From an uncultured Spirochaetota bacterium (lineage in GTDB: Bacteria; Spirochaetota; Brevinematia; Brevinematales; JAOACQ01): DNA of 64,000 bases. The stretch lies in NCBI GenBank assembly GCA_963835575.1, contig CAWIGG010000003.1, positions 1 to 64,000 on the forward strand, read 5' to 3'. This document shows positions 19,112-28,875 of this stretch, one piece after another. The notes under the pieces are model-generated. The model was not told the origin of the DNA. It did no database searches and saw only the letters and a list, made by a program, of their open reading frames with translations. The position numbers and the translations under genes are program-made. Position 1 is the stretch's first letter. The number at the start of each line of letters is the position of its first letter.

Positions 19112-19813
19112 ATGTTCAAGGCGATAATGGCAATAACCGTCATATTGATTTCCATTGGATCAGGCTGGGGAGAACAAAAACTCATCATTTCAATCAAGCC
19201 CGGGAAAAATTACAACACCATCCGCAATATGGGTTTTCTGAAAATAATCATGATCCCGCAGATGGCCGTCTGGCTTGAGGACGGCAATGGAAAATTCGTT
19301 GCCAATATTTTTGTGACTCATAAAAGCGCGAAAAGCGACTGGTTCGGCGGCGATAAAATCCGCAGGCCGGACGCTCTTCCGGTCTGGTCGCACAGGATGG
19401 GCGTACAGTATTCCGACGGCCTTTATATGCCTGATAAAAAGCACCCGCTTCCGGACGCCGTTACCGGGGCCACTCCCAAGGCCGCATACACAATTGATTG
19501 GAAAGTCCCCGCAGATCTTCCCGCCGGTAAATACAATCTATATGCCGAAGTCAATAACGCCTTTGATTATAATTCGGCATACCGGGAAAAACTTCCCCAA
19601 ACAAATCTTTATTACAACGCTTACAACGGCCAGCCATCGGTTGTTTACAAGTCCGGGATTACTTTTGTTTCAAACCTGTCCGGGCTTAAATTGAGCCTGA
19701 CCGGCCATGGCGAAGTCCTAGGCCGCGGCGGATCGATTAGCACCAATCTGGCGGAGGTAAAGGAAGCGGCGCAGATGATTGATTCCATAACAGTATCCAT
19801 TGAATCAAAATGA
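19112..19813 (+). CDS. Secreted DUF2271-like protein
   Basis: Signal peptide; PQMAVWLED...G; LPVW; PDAVTGATP. Confidence 0.75.
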   Translation: MFKAIMAITVILISIGSGWGEQKLIISIKPGKNYNTIRNMGFLKIIMIPQMAVWLEDGNGKFVANIFVTHKSAKSDWFGGDKIRRPDALPVWSHRMGVQYSDGLYMPDKKHPLPDAVTGATPKAAYTIDWKVPADLPAGKYNLYAEVNNAFDYNSAYREKLPQTNLYYNAYNGQPSVVYKSGITFVSNLSGLKLSLTGHGEVLGRGGSISTNLAEVKEAAQMIDSITVSIESK

Positions 19814-19858
19814 AGGACTTAAAACTTATTGAACTGTTTTAGAAAAAAGGAGGATTTT

Positions 19859-20371
19859 ATGCCGGGTATTAAAAAGTTATTGCTAACAATCGCGGCTGCA
19901 TTTTCATTTATTTTAGCGAGTGTACTGATTTTTGGCGAAACATATCCGGTCAAGAATCCAAAGGCAAATGTTTGTATTCTCAATTATGAAACCGGATTCA
20001 AGAAAAACCTGACCGCCGCCCTTGTACATGAATTTAACGCGGAAAAAATAAGTGTTACGGTCGACACCGTTTCAAACGGCTCTCAATACAGCGCAACAAA
20101 TTATGACGCTGTGATACTGCTTTCGGCGGTCCAGGCCTGGAATCCCTTACCGAAGACTTCCGAGTATATCATCAGGAATAATTATTCCAGCAACATTATC
20201 TATTTTTCCACATATAAAGCGTTTAATTTTCCTTACGGCTTTTCATTAAACAGCAAAAAAATCGACGCCATCACGTCCGCTTCAGTTACAAACGATCAAA
20301 AGGTTTTTGATGAAGCGACAAACAGGATAATCGCAAAAACAATGAGTATTTTAAACAAAAAAATAAAATAA
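19859..20371 (+). CDS. Secreted hypothetical protein, possibly flavodoxin-like fold
   Basis: Signal peptide; YDAVILLSAVQAW; C-terminal IDAITSAS. Confidence 0.65.
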   Translation: MPGIKKLLLTIAAAFSFILASVLIFGETYPVKNPKANVCILNYETGFKKNLTAALVHEFNAEKISVTVDTVSNGSQYSATNYDAVILLSAVQAWNPLPKTSEYIIRNNYSSNIIYFSTYKAFNFPYGFSLNSKKIDAITSASVTNDQKVFDEATNRIIAKTMSILNKKIK

Positions 20372-20381
20372 GGGGAAAAAT

Positions 20382-20849
20382 ATGAAAGTCGGCATCATCG
20401 TTTATTCCCATACCGGGAATACAAAATCCGTCGCCCAGAAGCTTCAGGATAAACTTGCCAAGGCCGGGCATTCCGTTAAGCTGGAGCAGATCAAAGTTTC
20501 CGGCGAAATCCGCCCGGGTATGACCGACATTCATTTCGAGTCGCTCCCCGATGCCGGGAATTACGAGGCGCTTGTGTTCGGCGCGCCTGTGATGGCATTT
20601 TCCCTCTCGCCGGTCATGACAGCATATATAAAGAAGCTTGAGCCTTTAAAGAAAATGAAAATCGCCTGTTTTGTGACCCATCATTTTCCTTTTAAATGGA
20701 TGGGCGGTAAACAGGCCATAAGGCAGATGAAAAAGTTCTGCGAAGCGAAGGGAGCGGCTGTCTGCGGAACAGGTATAGTGAGCTGGTCGGGCAGGAACCG
20801 TAATGAGCAGATCAATGAATTGGCGGAAAGTATATCAGGATTATTCTAA
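20382..20849 (+). CDS. Flavodoxin-family protein
   Basis: VYSHTGNTKSVA; FGAPV. Confidence 0.88.
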   Translation: MKVGIIVYSHTGNTKSVAQKLQDKLAKAGHSVKLEQIKVSGEIRPGMTDIHFESLPDAGNYEALVFGAPVMAFSLSPVMTAYIKKLEPLKKMKIACFVTHHFPFKWMGGKQAIRQMKKFCEAKGAAVCGTGIVSWSGRNRNEQINELAESISGLF

Positions 20850-20946
20850 AGACAGAAGATTTTGCTAATAAAATAATTATTGGTTCCTTAAGCATAAATA
20901 GATTATAAAACTCAATTTCATTATCATCATAAATAAGAGGTCTAAA

Positions 20947-21651
20947 ATGGGACCGGAAATTAAAACCATCAGTTTATCATTCCCTCATAATTTAGGCGCC
21001 GCGAATTGCTACCTTATAAAAACCGGCGCCGGTTATATTTTGATTGATACCGGATTCGCGAATAAGCGCGCCGAACTCGAGAAAGAGCTTGAAAGCGCGG
21101 GCTGCCGTCCGGGAAACCTGAATCTTATCGTACTCACGCATGGCGACGGGGACCATTCCGGTAATTGCGCCTATCTGCGGGAAAAATACGGCGCGAAAAC
21201 AGCAATTCATCCCGGCGAATCGGGAATGGTTGAAAGCGGAAATGCCTTTCTCAGCAGAAAAAAAAAGAACCTCCTCAAAAGAATATTTGACAGGATAATC
21301 CTTGGTATATTATCTCCCCTGGTCAATTTAGGCAGGTTCGAAACTTTCAAGCCCGATCTGACCATCGGGGAAGGATACGATCTGTCTCCTTACGGATTGG
21401 CCGCTGAAATCATTCATATCCCGGGACACTCAAAGGGTTCCATAGGAATTCTGACTTCCGGCGGAGAGCTATTCTACGGCGATCTATTATGGAACAACGG
21501 TAAACCTTCAGTTTTTCCTAATATCGATGAAATTGTGGAAGTGAATGCCAGTATTGAGAAATTGAAGACATTAAACATAAAAACCGTCTATCCGGGGCAT
21601 GGCAGGCCGTTCGCTTTGAAAGAATTTTTAATAGCCCGGATGCGGCGCTGA
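20947..21651 (+). CDS. MBL-fold metallo-hydrolase
   Basis: LIDTG, THGDGDH, PGHSKGS, YPGHG. Confidence 0.9.
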   Translation: MGPEIKTISLSFPHNLGAANCYLIKTGAGYILIDTGFANKRAELEKELESAGCRPGNLNLIVLTHGDGDHSGNCAYLREKYGAKTAIHPGESGMVESGNAFLSRKKKNLLKRIFDRIILGILSPLVNLGRFETFKPDLTIGEGYDLSPYGLAAEIIHIPGHSKGSIGILTSGGELFYGDLLWNNGKPSVFPNIDEIVEVNASIEKLKTLNIKTVYPGHGRPFALKEFLIARMRR

Positions 21652-21674
21652 CCATCATTTCGGGAGGTAATAAT

Positions 21675-21755
21675 ATGAAACAAGATGTTGTCCTCATAAC
21701 AGGCTGTTCGACCGGGATCGGCCCGAAGCCGCGGCGAAAACAATTAATCCAATAA
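21675..21755 (+). pseudogene. Truncated SDR oxidoreductase stub
   Basis: GGAGGT RBS then MKQDVVLITGCSTGIG, which ends after 26 codons. Confidence 0.7.
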
Positions 21756-21909
21756 ATAAGATATAAGAGGATATCCCATGTTAAATAATAAGGATCTTAC
21801 CATTGCCGATGGAGTTGCGGCTGTCGATATTAAGATAAAAGTGAAGGGACGTAAAGTAATGGACCGGCAGGACTGGACGGAATATATAAAAACTCTGTCG
21901 GGAGGCCGG

Positions 21910-22548
21910 ATGAGAATCATTATATTCGGGGCTTCGGGCCGTACAGGCAGGCCTCTTGTCAAACAGGCGCTGGATGAAGGACATGAAGTCATTGCGTTTG
22001 TCCGTGATCCGGCAAAGCTCAATATCGAGCATGAACACCTTACAGTAGTTCAGGGAGACGCGACCGACCCAGATCTTGTCGAACGCGCAGTCCATGGTGT
22101 AAACGCGGTAATAAGCGTTATGGCCACAGCGGCGTCCCAAAAAATCGCCGGAACCATGCCTCTTACAAGGTCAACACAGAATATCCTTGCCGCCATGGAA
22201 AAACACGGCGTTCGCCGGCTGATTATATCTTCCGCGGGCATCCCGCAGCCGGAAGATTTGCCTGATATACGCTTCAAGTTACTGATGGGTCTGGTTAAAT
22301 TCATTGCCCCCTATTCCTATAAAGATACAGCCGGTTCCGTTCAGGCTATCCGGGAATCCGAAACCGATTGGACCGTCGTTCGGATGCCGGCGCCCAGTAA
22401 TTCTCCGGGAACATATAAAGTGAATGCGGGGCATGTGTCCAAAAAAGCCCTGTTGCGTATCTCGCGCTCTGACGCGGCCGCATTTATACTGAACGAATTA
22501 AAGGAACCGAAATATATAAAACAATCACCGGTTATATTCAATATTTAA
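21910..22548 (+). CDS. NAD(P)H-binding oxidoreductase (flavin reductase/BVR-B-like)
   Basis: IFGASGRTG; FVRDPAK; WTVVR; ISRSDAA; ATG after GGAGG. Confidence 0.88.
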   Translation: MRIIIFGASGRTGRPLVKQALDEGHEVIAFVRDPAKLNIEHEHLTVVQGDATDPDLVERAVHGVNAVISVMATAASQKIAGTMPLTRSTQNILAAMEKHGVRRLIISSAGIPQPEDLPDIRFKLLMGLVKFIAPYSYKDTAGSVQAIRESETDWTVVRMPAPSNSPGTYKVNAGHVSKKALLRISRSDAAAFILNELKEPKYIKQSPVIFNI

Positions 22549-22677
22549 AGAGGTTTTTATGACTATAGTTTTTCCTGCCTGTTTCCGGAAAATCCAGCCT
22601 ATCCTAAGGAGGTTTACGGAAAACCCGGATTTGTTATTTCCCTGCTAGCAGAATATTTTAATTATAGGAGAATAAAT

Positions 22678-23487
22678 ATGAACCCGTTCAAGGATAAAGT
22701 AGCTATAGTAACCGGGGCCGCTTCCGGAATAGGAAGGGAAATTTGCTTCTTTCTTGCCCGCAGCGACGCTAAAGTCGTCATTGCCGATAAAGATTACAAA
22801 GGGGCCAGGGAGGTGGAAAAAACCATCCATTTGGAAGGAGGCCGGGGAAAGGCAGTGAAAACCGATGTCACAAAAGCGGAAGAAGTGGAGACCTTGATAA
22901 AAGAAACGGTGGAACGGGACAAAAAAATCGACTTAATGATTAACAACGCCGGGATAGGCATTAACGGGGAATTCAAGGACATGAACCTCGGCCAGTGGAG
23001 AAAAATCTTTGATGTGAATTTCTGGGGAGTTCTTTATGGGAATTATTATGTATACCCCGTCATGATCAAGCAGGGATTCGGACAGATAGTCAATGTGTCG
23101 TCTCTGGCCGGATTGATGCCCGGCGGTCTCATGACAAGTTATAACGCCAGCAAGCATTCCGTCGTGGGATTTACGCTTTCCCTGCGTTCCGAAGCCAGAC
23201 AATACGGGATAAAAGTCAACGCGCTCTGCCCCGGGTTTATTGAAACCCCGATCCATGACGCCTCGCCCAATGTATCTGCTTATTTAAATTCAGAAAAAAA
23301 TAAAAGGCCTCCCAATAAATACCCGACCGCCGAGAAATGCGTTCCCGGTATGATGAAAGGAATTAAAAAGGATAAAACAATTATCGTCGCGCCTTATTAT
23401 CACAAAATATTCTGGTGGCTGTACAGATTGTTTCCAGGCCTTATCATATTTATGTGGAAGATGATCATCGCACACCTGAAGAAATGA
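22678..23487 (+). CDS. SDR-family oxidoreductase
   Basis: TGAASGIG, NNAG, YNASK. Confidence 0.93.
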   Translation: MNPFKDKVAIVTGAASGIGREICFFLARSDAKVVIADKDYKGAREVEKTIHLEGGRGKAVKTDVTKAEEVETLIKETVERDKKIDLMINNAGIGINGEFKDMNLGQWRKIFDVNFWGVLYGNYYVYPVMIKQGFGQIVNVSSLAGLMPGGLMTSYNASKHSVVGFTLSLRSEARQYGIKVNALCPGFIETPIHDASPNVSAYLNSEKNKRPPNKYPTAEKCVPGMMKGIKKDKTIIVAPYYHKIFWWLYRLFPGLIIFMWKMIIAHLKK

Positions 23488-23566
23488 AAAGAGCTGGAAA
23501 TTGACGAATAATGAACTCAGGGAACATGAATATAATGACAGATATGTATAGATCTATGAGGTCAGT

Positions 23567-24400
23567 ATGAATATGTCCGGAATTAAATCTGAAGGAAGAA
23601 CCGTCATGCCCGGCGAATATGTGATCAAAAAACCGTCAATAAACAGGCGGCTTACCATGGAGACATTCGACGCTTTACCGGCCGGGCACAATATGACGGC
23701 ACTGATCGAATTTGATGTCACGAAGGCAAAAAAACTTGTCAGGACCTGGAGGCTGAAGGGCATGAAGGTTTCTTTTTTTGCCTTTATTATTAAATCAATC
23801 GCGGCGGCCCTCGCTGAAAAGAGGGAATTGAATGCCGTCCGCGGAGGAAACCGTATTGTCGAGTTCAGGGATGTTGATGTCAATATACCCGTTGAAATGG
23901 AATCCAAGGACGGTAAAGCCCCCCGTCAAATTGTCGTCAGAAACGCGGCGGAAAAAACCGTTGAAGAGATCTGCATGGAAATTGAAGCGGATAAAAATCA
24001 GCACCGGCTGTCCGGAAACGCGGGTAGAGAGGATAAATGGGCTTTGAGCCTGATGAAAATATTGACCCTGCTGCCGAAATTTATAATGAAATTTGTTTTA
24101 ATTAATCTGGTCGGTAATCCCCTGTCTGTAAAAAAAATGTCCGGAACGACATTTGTTACCGCCGTGGGAATGTTCGGCAGTATAAATGGTTTTGCCGTAC
24201 CATATATTATCGGCCCCCGCGCTGTTTCGTTTGCACTGGGAAGCATTGTCAAAAAACCCGCCGCTGCGGGCCGGGAGATTAAAGTCAGGGAATTTCTGAA
24301 TATGACCGTTGTTTTTAATCATGATATTGTGGACGGCGCGCCGGCCGCCCGTTTTATTAACCGTCTTAAAAAAATAATTGAGAAAGCGGATGTACTTTAA
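23567..24400 (+). CDS. Stand-alone 2-oxoacid dehydrogenase E2-type acyltransferase domain
   Basis: NHDIVDGAPAARF catalytic motif; no lipoyl domain. Confidence 0.87.
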   Translation: MNMSGIKSEGRTVMPGEYVIKKPSINRRLTMETFDALPAGHNMTALIEFDVTKAKKLVRTWRLKGMKVSFFAFIIKSIAAALAEKRELNAVRGGNRIVEFRDVDVNIPVEMESKDGKAPRQIVVRNAAEKTVEEICMEIEADKNQHRLSGNAGREDKWALSLMKILTLLPKFIMKFVLINLVGNPLSVKKMSGTTFVTAVGMFGSINGFAVPYIIGPRAVSFALGSIVKKPAAAGREIKVREFLNMTVVFNHDIVDGAPAARFINRLKKIIEKADVL

Positions 24401-24498
24401 ATCCCATTGGCAACAGCTGCCGCAGTATTTATTCAGAACAAATTAAAGGAAGCAGAATATATTATCACCGGTTATATTCAATATTTAAAGAGGTTTTT

Positions 24499-25335
24499 AT
24501 GAGTACAGAGATCTATTATTTTTCAGGCACGGGTAATTCCCTGGCCGCGGCGAGAGATATCGCCCGGAAGACTGGAGGAAAACTCATACCCATTGCCCCT
24601 CTGATGGACCGGAAATCTATAAAATTAAATGCCGATATGATCGGGATTGTTTTTCCCGCCTGTTTCTGGGGCCTTCGGCCCATCATCAAGAGATTAGCGG
24701 AAAAGCTGGAAGACACCGGCTCAAAATACATTTTCGCGGTCTGTACATGCGGAGGAATGGCCGGAAAGGCAGTCAGGATTTTAGATGATGTTCTAAAACG
24801 GCGCGGTGGAAAACTCTCTGCCGGTTTTATTGCCGCGATGCCGGGCAATTATATTTTTGAGTACGAGGCATTGCCCGCCGGTTTGCAGAAGATGGAATTC
24901 GACGGCTGGAAGAAAAAACTGGAATTCATTGACCGGTACATTACTGCCCGGAAAAGCGGCAGGCTGGAAACGGTCAATTTCGTCAGCGTGCTTTTCGCGC
25001 CGTTATTGCCGCTTTTCAAAGCCCTGGATTTAATAAAGCTGAATAAACTGGCCGGTACGAGGCGACTTTCATTTATAGAACTCATTCCTCTGCTGGACAG
25101 AGGTTTTTATCCGGATGAGAAATGCGACGGCTGCGGCATCTGCGCCAAGGTCTGCCCCGTAAAAGACATTAAAATGAAAGGCGGCAGGCCCTTGTGGCTT
25201 CATCACTGCGAGCAGTGCTTCGCGTGCCTTCAGTGGTGCCCGAAAGAGGCAATACAGTACGGCGGGAATACGGCAAAAAGAAAAAGATACCATCATCCCG
25301 GTGTAAAAATATCAGATTTCATAAATAGGGACTAA
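24499..25335 (+). CDS. EFR1-family flavodoxin-ferredoxin fusion
   Basis: YYFSGTGNS plus two CxxCxxCxxxCP motifs. Confidence 0.92.
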   Translation: MSTEIYYFSGTGNSLAAARDIARKTGGKLIPIAPLMDRKSIKLNADMIGIVFPACFWGLRPIIKRLAEKLEDTGSKYIFAVCTCGGMAGKAVRILDDVLKRRGGKLSAGFIAAMPGNYIFEYEALPAGLQKMEFDGWKKKLEFIDRYITARKSGRLETVNFVSVLFAPLLPLFKALDLIKLNKLAGTRRLSFIELIPLLDRGFYPDEKCDGCGICAKVCPVKDIKMKGGRPLWLHHCEQCFACLQWCPKEAIQYGGNTAKRKRYHHPGVKISDFINRD

Positions 25336-25353
25336 TCTGAGAGGAAATTTTTT

Positions 25354-26184
25354 ATGAGTACCGAAATCTATTATTTTTCCGGTACAGGCAATTCATTATT
25401 TGTCGCGAAAGAACTTCAGAAACGGATTGCCGGCGTGAAACTGATACCAATGCTCAGCCTTCTCAATAGAAATGTCATCAAAGTAAAGGGAGAAACGGCC
25501 GGTTTTGTTTTCCCTGTCTATTGCCATACGGTCCCGAATATTGTAAAAGAATTTATCCGTAAGCTCGATCTGGAATCCGCCTATATATTTGCTGCGGCGA
25601 CAACCGCCGGCTCCCAATACAGCGCCTATACCGGGATCGATAAAATGTTGAAGAAAAAAGGAAAGGGCCTGGATTCCTGGTTTACAATCAAAATGCCGAC
25701 CAACATGCCTTTTTATATCGATTACGGCGAAATGACCGATAAGACAAAAACGGCAAAGATGGAATCCGGTGCCCGGGCCAGGATTGAATCGATTGCCGGA
25801 ATTATTGCCGCTAAAAAGAAACACCGGAAAAAGGAGCCTCAATTTACCCGGCCGATACCTTCCTTAATACTGCCTTTTATGCCGGTCCTTATTCCATTGA
25901 CACGCCTTATAGTGAAAAAGATATCGGTTTTTTATTCCGATTCAAAATGTACCGGCTGCGGAATATGTGAAAAGGTATGCCTGTCCGGTAAGATAAAGAT
26001 GATCCGTAAAAAACCAGTCTGGCAGAAAGACATAGAGTGCTACCAGTGCCAGGCCTGCATCAATTACTGCCCCTCGCAATCCATCCAGCAGAAATCCGCC
26101 TGGTTCATGAAATCCTACTCCGAAAAAAACGGCAGGAGGCATCATACGGAGATAACGGCAAACGACATTGCCGGGCAGAAGTGA
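25354..26184 (+). CDS. EFR1-family flavodoxin-ferredoxin fusion
   Basis: YYFSGTGNS; CTGCGICEKVC; CYQCQACINYCP. Confidence 0.92.
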   Translation: MSTEIYYFSGTGNSLFVAKELQKRIAGVKLIPMLSLLNRNVIKVKGETAGFVFPVYCHTVPNIVKEFIRKLDLESAYIFAAATTAGSQYSAYTGIDKMLKKKGKGLDSWFTIKMPTNMPFYIDYGEMTDKTKTAKMESGARARIESIAGIIAAKKKHRKKEPQFTRPIPSLILPFMPVLIPLTRLIVKKISVFYSDSKCTGCGICEKVCLSGKIKMIRKKPVWQKDIECYQCQACINYCPSQSIQQKSAWFMKSYSEKNGRRHHTEITANDIAGQK

Positions 26185-26298
26185 TTCTCATCAAAACAGG
26201 CCTGTCTTCAAAAACTCATTATACCGGTTATTGAATGACAATGCTTGAATAATTTTTACTTTTTCATTATGATATTTATTTATCGGTTTTATTAGGAA

Positions 26299-26799
26299 AT
26301 GAAATGCATGGAAAATATATTTAAAAAATATAATCAGAAAGAACTTTCAAAAGTCGAAAAAGTCCCGGAAGAAATATTAAAGCGGCTGCCTTTAAGAACT
26401 GAATATTCGTTTAAAAAATGCAGTATATATTTTTTTGATAGAAATTCGATTCAGGAAATGCAGGTCGAATATTCTATAAAAAAGGGTTTTATATTCAGAC
26501 ACAAAAAATCCTGGAAAGGCAGAATTATCATCGGGCAGCTGCCTGACAGTTCGGCCATATATATTGATTTAATTAAGCCGGATTTTCCGGTTTTTATAGA
26601 GCATCATGGTTCGGGAACAATAGATCAATTATCTGGATCTATTGACAGACTGGATAAAATATTCTCTTCATTCAATGAAAAGGAATCAATCGGCGATATG
26701 CTTAATAATATTAAAAAGCTGGAACCGGGGCTTGATCTCAGCTTCTGGGAAAGCTTTCTCAATAATAATTTCGCTGATCCGGTATTTTTCCCGATATAA
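26299..26799 (+). CDS. Hypothetical protein, possibly SMI1/KNR4 (SUKH) superfamily
   Basis: IIIGQ...AIYIDL...PVFIEHHGSG pattern; next to a SUKH-4-like gene. Confidence 0.5.
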   Translation: MKCMENIFKKYNQKELSKVEKVPEEILKRLPLRTEYSFKKCSIYFFDRNSIQEMQVEYSIKKGFIFRHKKSWKGRIIIGQLPDSSAIYIDLIKPDFPVFIEHHGSGTIDQLSGSIDRLDKIFSSFNEKESIGDMLNNIKKLEPGLDLSFWESFLNNNFADPVFFPI

Positions 26800-26850
26800 G
26801 ATATAACATTTTCAGTCCCCGTGCGCCCCTGCATTTTTTAAGAGGAATAA

Positions 26851-27363
26851 ATGGATATTGAAAATGAAATTGTCAAATACTGGAACGGACGGCTGAAGAA
26901 ACTTGATATCGGAAAAAAGGAAGACTACAATCTTTCCTGTGATACATTTGATTATTTAAACAGGATCGGAATGCCGGTTGATGATGATGATTTACAATGG
27001 TTTAATATCACTCTTTATGATCCTGATGAATATAAAATATGTAAATTCCGAAATGAAGCCTTTTTAGTTATCGGCGATGACTATGGAACAAAAATCTGCA
27101 TCGGCTATGACGACAAACTCTATTCGTCCGGTTTTGAAAAGCCGTTTAAAAGATTGATCAATAAAAATATAGCATGTTTCGTTGTTTTCCTAAAATTAAT
27201 ATTTGAAAAGAGACGGTTTTTAATTGAATCGGATGATCAAGCCTCAGAGAATTCCCTCCATGACATCAGGGATAAAATGGAATTGATAGATGGCTCTGCG
27301 CTCTCCGATCCCGATAATTGGTGGAGCATCTTCCTGGAACAGATTTCCGCAGGCTTACTTTGA
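26851..27363 (+). CDS. SUKH-4-like immunity protein
   Basis: YLNRIGMP, VIGDDYGTKICI, INKNIACF, IDGSAL...WWSIFLEQ. Confidence 0.75.
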   Translation: MDIENEIVKYWNGRLKKLDIGKKEDYNLSCDTFDYLNRIGMPVDDDDLQWFNITLYDPDEYKICKFRNEAFLVIGDDYGTKICIGYDDKLYSSGFEKPFKRLINKNIACFVVFLKLIFEKRRFLIESDDQASENSLHDIRDKMELIDGSALSDPDNWWSIFLEQISAGLL

Positions 27364-27385
27364 AGGCGGACAGAAAGGATTTATC

Positions 27386-27943
27386 TTGTTATATAAATAT
27401 TTGAAACTCCTCGGCCTCGGCCCAGGCGCTGAACTGAAAGATGTCAAAAAAGCATACAGAATCCTCGCGAAAGAGAACCATCCCGACCGCTTCACCGATG
27501 AAGTGACGAAAAAGAGACAGGCGGAAAAGATGGCGCAGATCAATGAGGCCTACCGTGCCATCCTTTCGGATTTCGACAGCCGGAAAAAGGAAACCCGGCC
27601 GGATATAAGAGACATGTCAAATCCAGAAAGTGATTATACCATTTATAAGAAGGGTGTGGAGTATTTCAATAAATACAGCGGCTCCATTTCCCTGAAATTC
27701 AAGAATAATACTTACGACCTGGACCAGCTTCTGGAAAAGAAAAAAAACATAGAATCGGCAAAAGAGTGTTTTGAGAGGGTGCTGAGGGAATACCCGGCAA
27801 GCGACTGGGCTTACGACTCGGAAGAAAGATTAAAAAAAATCAAAAAAAGCATTGTTCATCTGGATCAAAATATTGAAACCGGCAAGACCCATTCTCTGGG
27901 CTGGACGAAAAAAGGCACACCTTACTGGAGAAAAAATTCTTAA
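27386..27943 (+). CDS. J-domain (DnaJ-like) protein with TPR-like C-terminus
   Basis: VKKAYRILAKENHPD...INEAY; probable TTG start. Confidence 0.85.
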   Translation: MLYKYLKLLGLGPGAELKDVKKAYRILAKENHPDRFTDEVTKKRQAEKMAQINEAYRAILSDFDSRKKETRPDIRDMSNPESDYTIYKKGVEYFNKYSGSISLKFKNNTYDLDQLLEKKKNIESAKECFERVLREYPASDWAYDSEERLKKIKKSIVHLDQNIETGKTHSLGWTKKGTPYWRKNS

Positions 27944-28038
27944 TAATAGAGGAGCTTCAGGCCGGGAGACTTCAATTAATATTAAATTTAAACTTGACTT
28001 GCCGCAATTGTCCTTTAAAATCGTTATAGGATGCTTTA

Positions 28039-28812
28039 ATGAAAGAAGAATTATCAGCCGTTCTCAGAACCCCGGACAGCCATGAAACACTGCAGTATAT
28101 AAAAAAAAATAACCGGGAATTCCTGAAGCGGAATAACGGTGCACTATATGAAATTGACCATGACATTATCCGGTTCCTGAAAAATAAAATCCTCACGGGA
28201 AATAACCGTTTTTATCAGAAGCTCTATGACAATTTCGCGCCCTTCTATAATACAGCCACACGCGTCTTCGCGCTTATCAAAAGCGGCGGAGAAGAGAAAA
28301 GAGTGATGCAGTACCTTTCGGAGCTTGAAATTAAAAACGGAAATAAAGTCTTGGAAATATCAATAGGGACAGGCCGTAATATCCGCTATTTAAACCCGAA
28401 CGCCGTCTATTACGGCGCGGATATATCCATCAATATGCTCGGGAAATGCCGCAGTACACTGCGGGCATTAAAGCGGGATTTTGTCCTTATTGAAGCCGAG
28501 GCAGAGCGTCTGCCCCTAAAAGACGATACATTTGATGCCGTTTTTTCCTCCGGCGGATTTAATTTTTTTAATGATAAAACTAAAGCAGTACTCGAGATGC
28601 TGCGCATAGCAAAAAGCGGAACAAAGCTTCTTATTTCGGATGAAACGGAAAAGATCAGAACAAAGTATAAAAAAACGCCTGTTGCCGGCTGGTTCTATAA
28701 TCAGGAGCAAATCATCAACCCGATTGAATTCATACCGGGCTGGTGCCGGAATATTCAATACAAGGAAATCTGCGGCGGCGAGCTTTATGTTCTGACTTTC
28801 CGGAAGCCTTAA
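28039..28812 (+). CDS. Class I SAM-dependent methyltransferase (UbiE-like)
   Basis: VLEISIGTG, AERLP...FDAVF. Confidence 0.88.
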   Translation: MKEELSAVLRTPDSHETLQYIKKNNREFLKRNNGALYEIDHDIIRFLKNKILTGNNRFYQKLYDNFAPFYNTATRVFALIKSGGEEKRVMQYLSELEIKNGNKVLEISIGTGRNIRYLNPNAVYYGADISINMLGKCRSTLRALKRDFVLIEAEAERLPLKDDTFDAVFSSGGFNFFNDKTKAVLEMLRIAKSGTKLLISDETEKIRTKYKKTPVAGWFYNQEQIINPIEFIPGWCRNIQYKEICGGELYVLTFRKP

Positions 28813-28875
28813 TAAACGGAATTCAATCCAATCATACGTAAATTCCAAGTTAAAGATTAAATACTGGAGACGCTC

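Noticed and set aside
27290..27385. N-terminal extensions from the ORF track (also 15657, 48847, 60176, 729)
   Set aside because: They overlap upstream genes or lack an RBS; downstream starts fit better.
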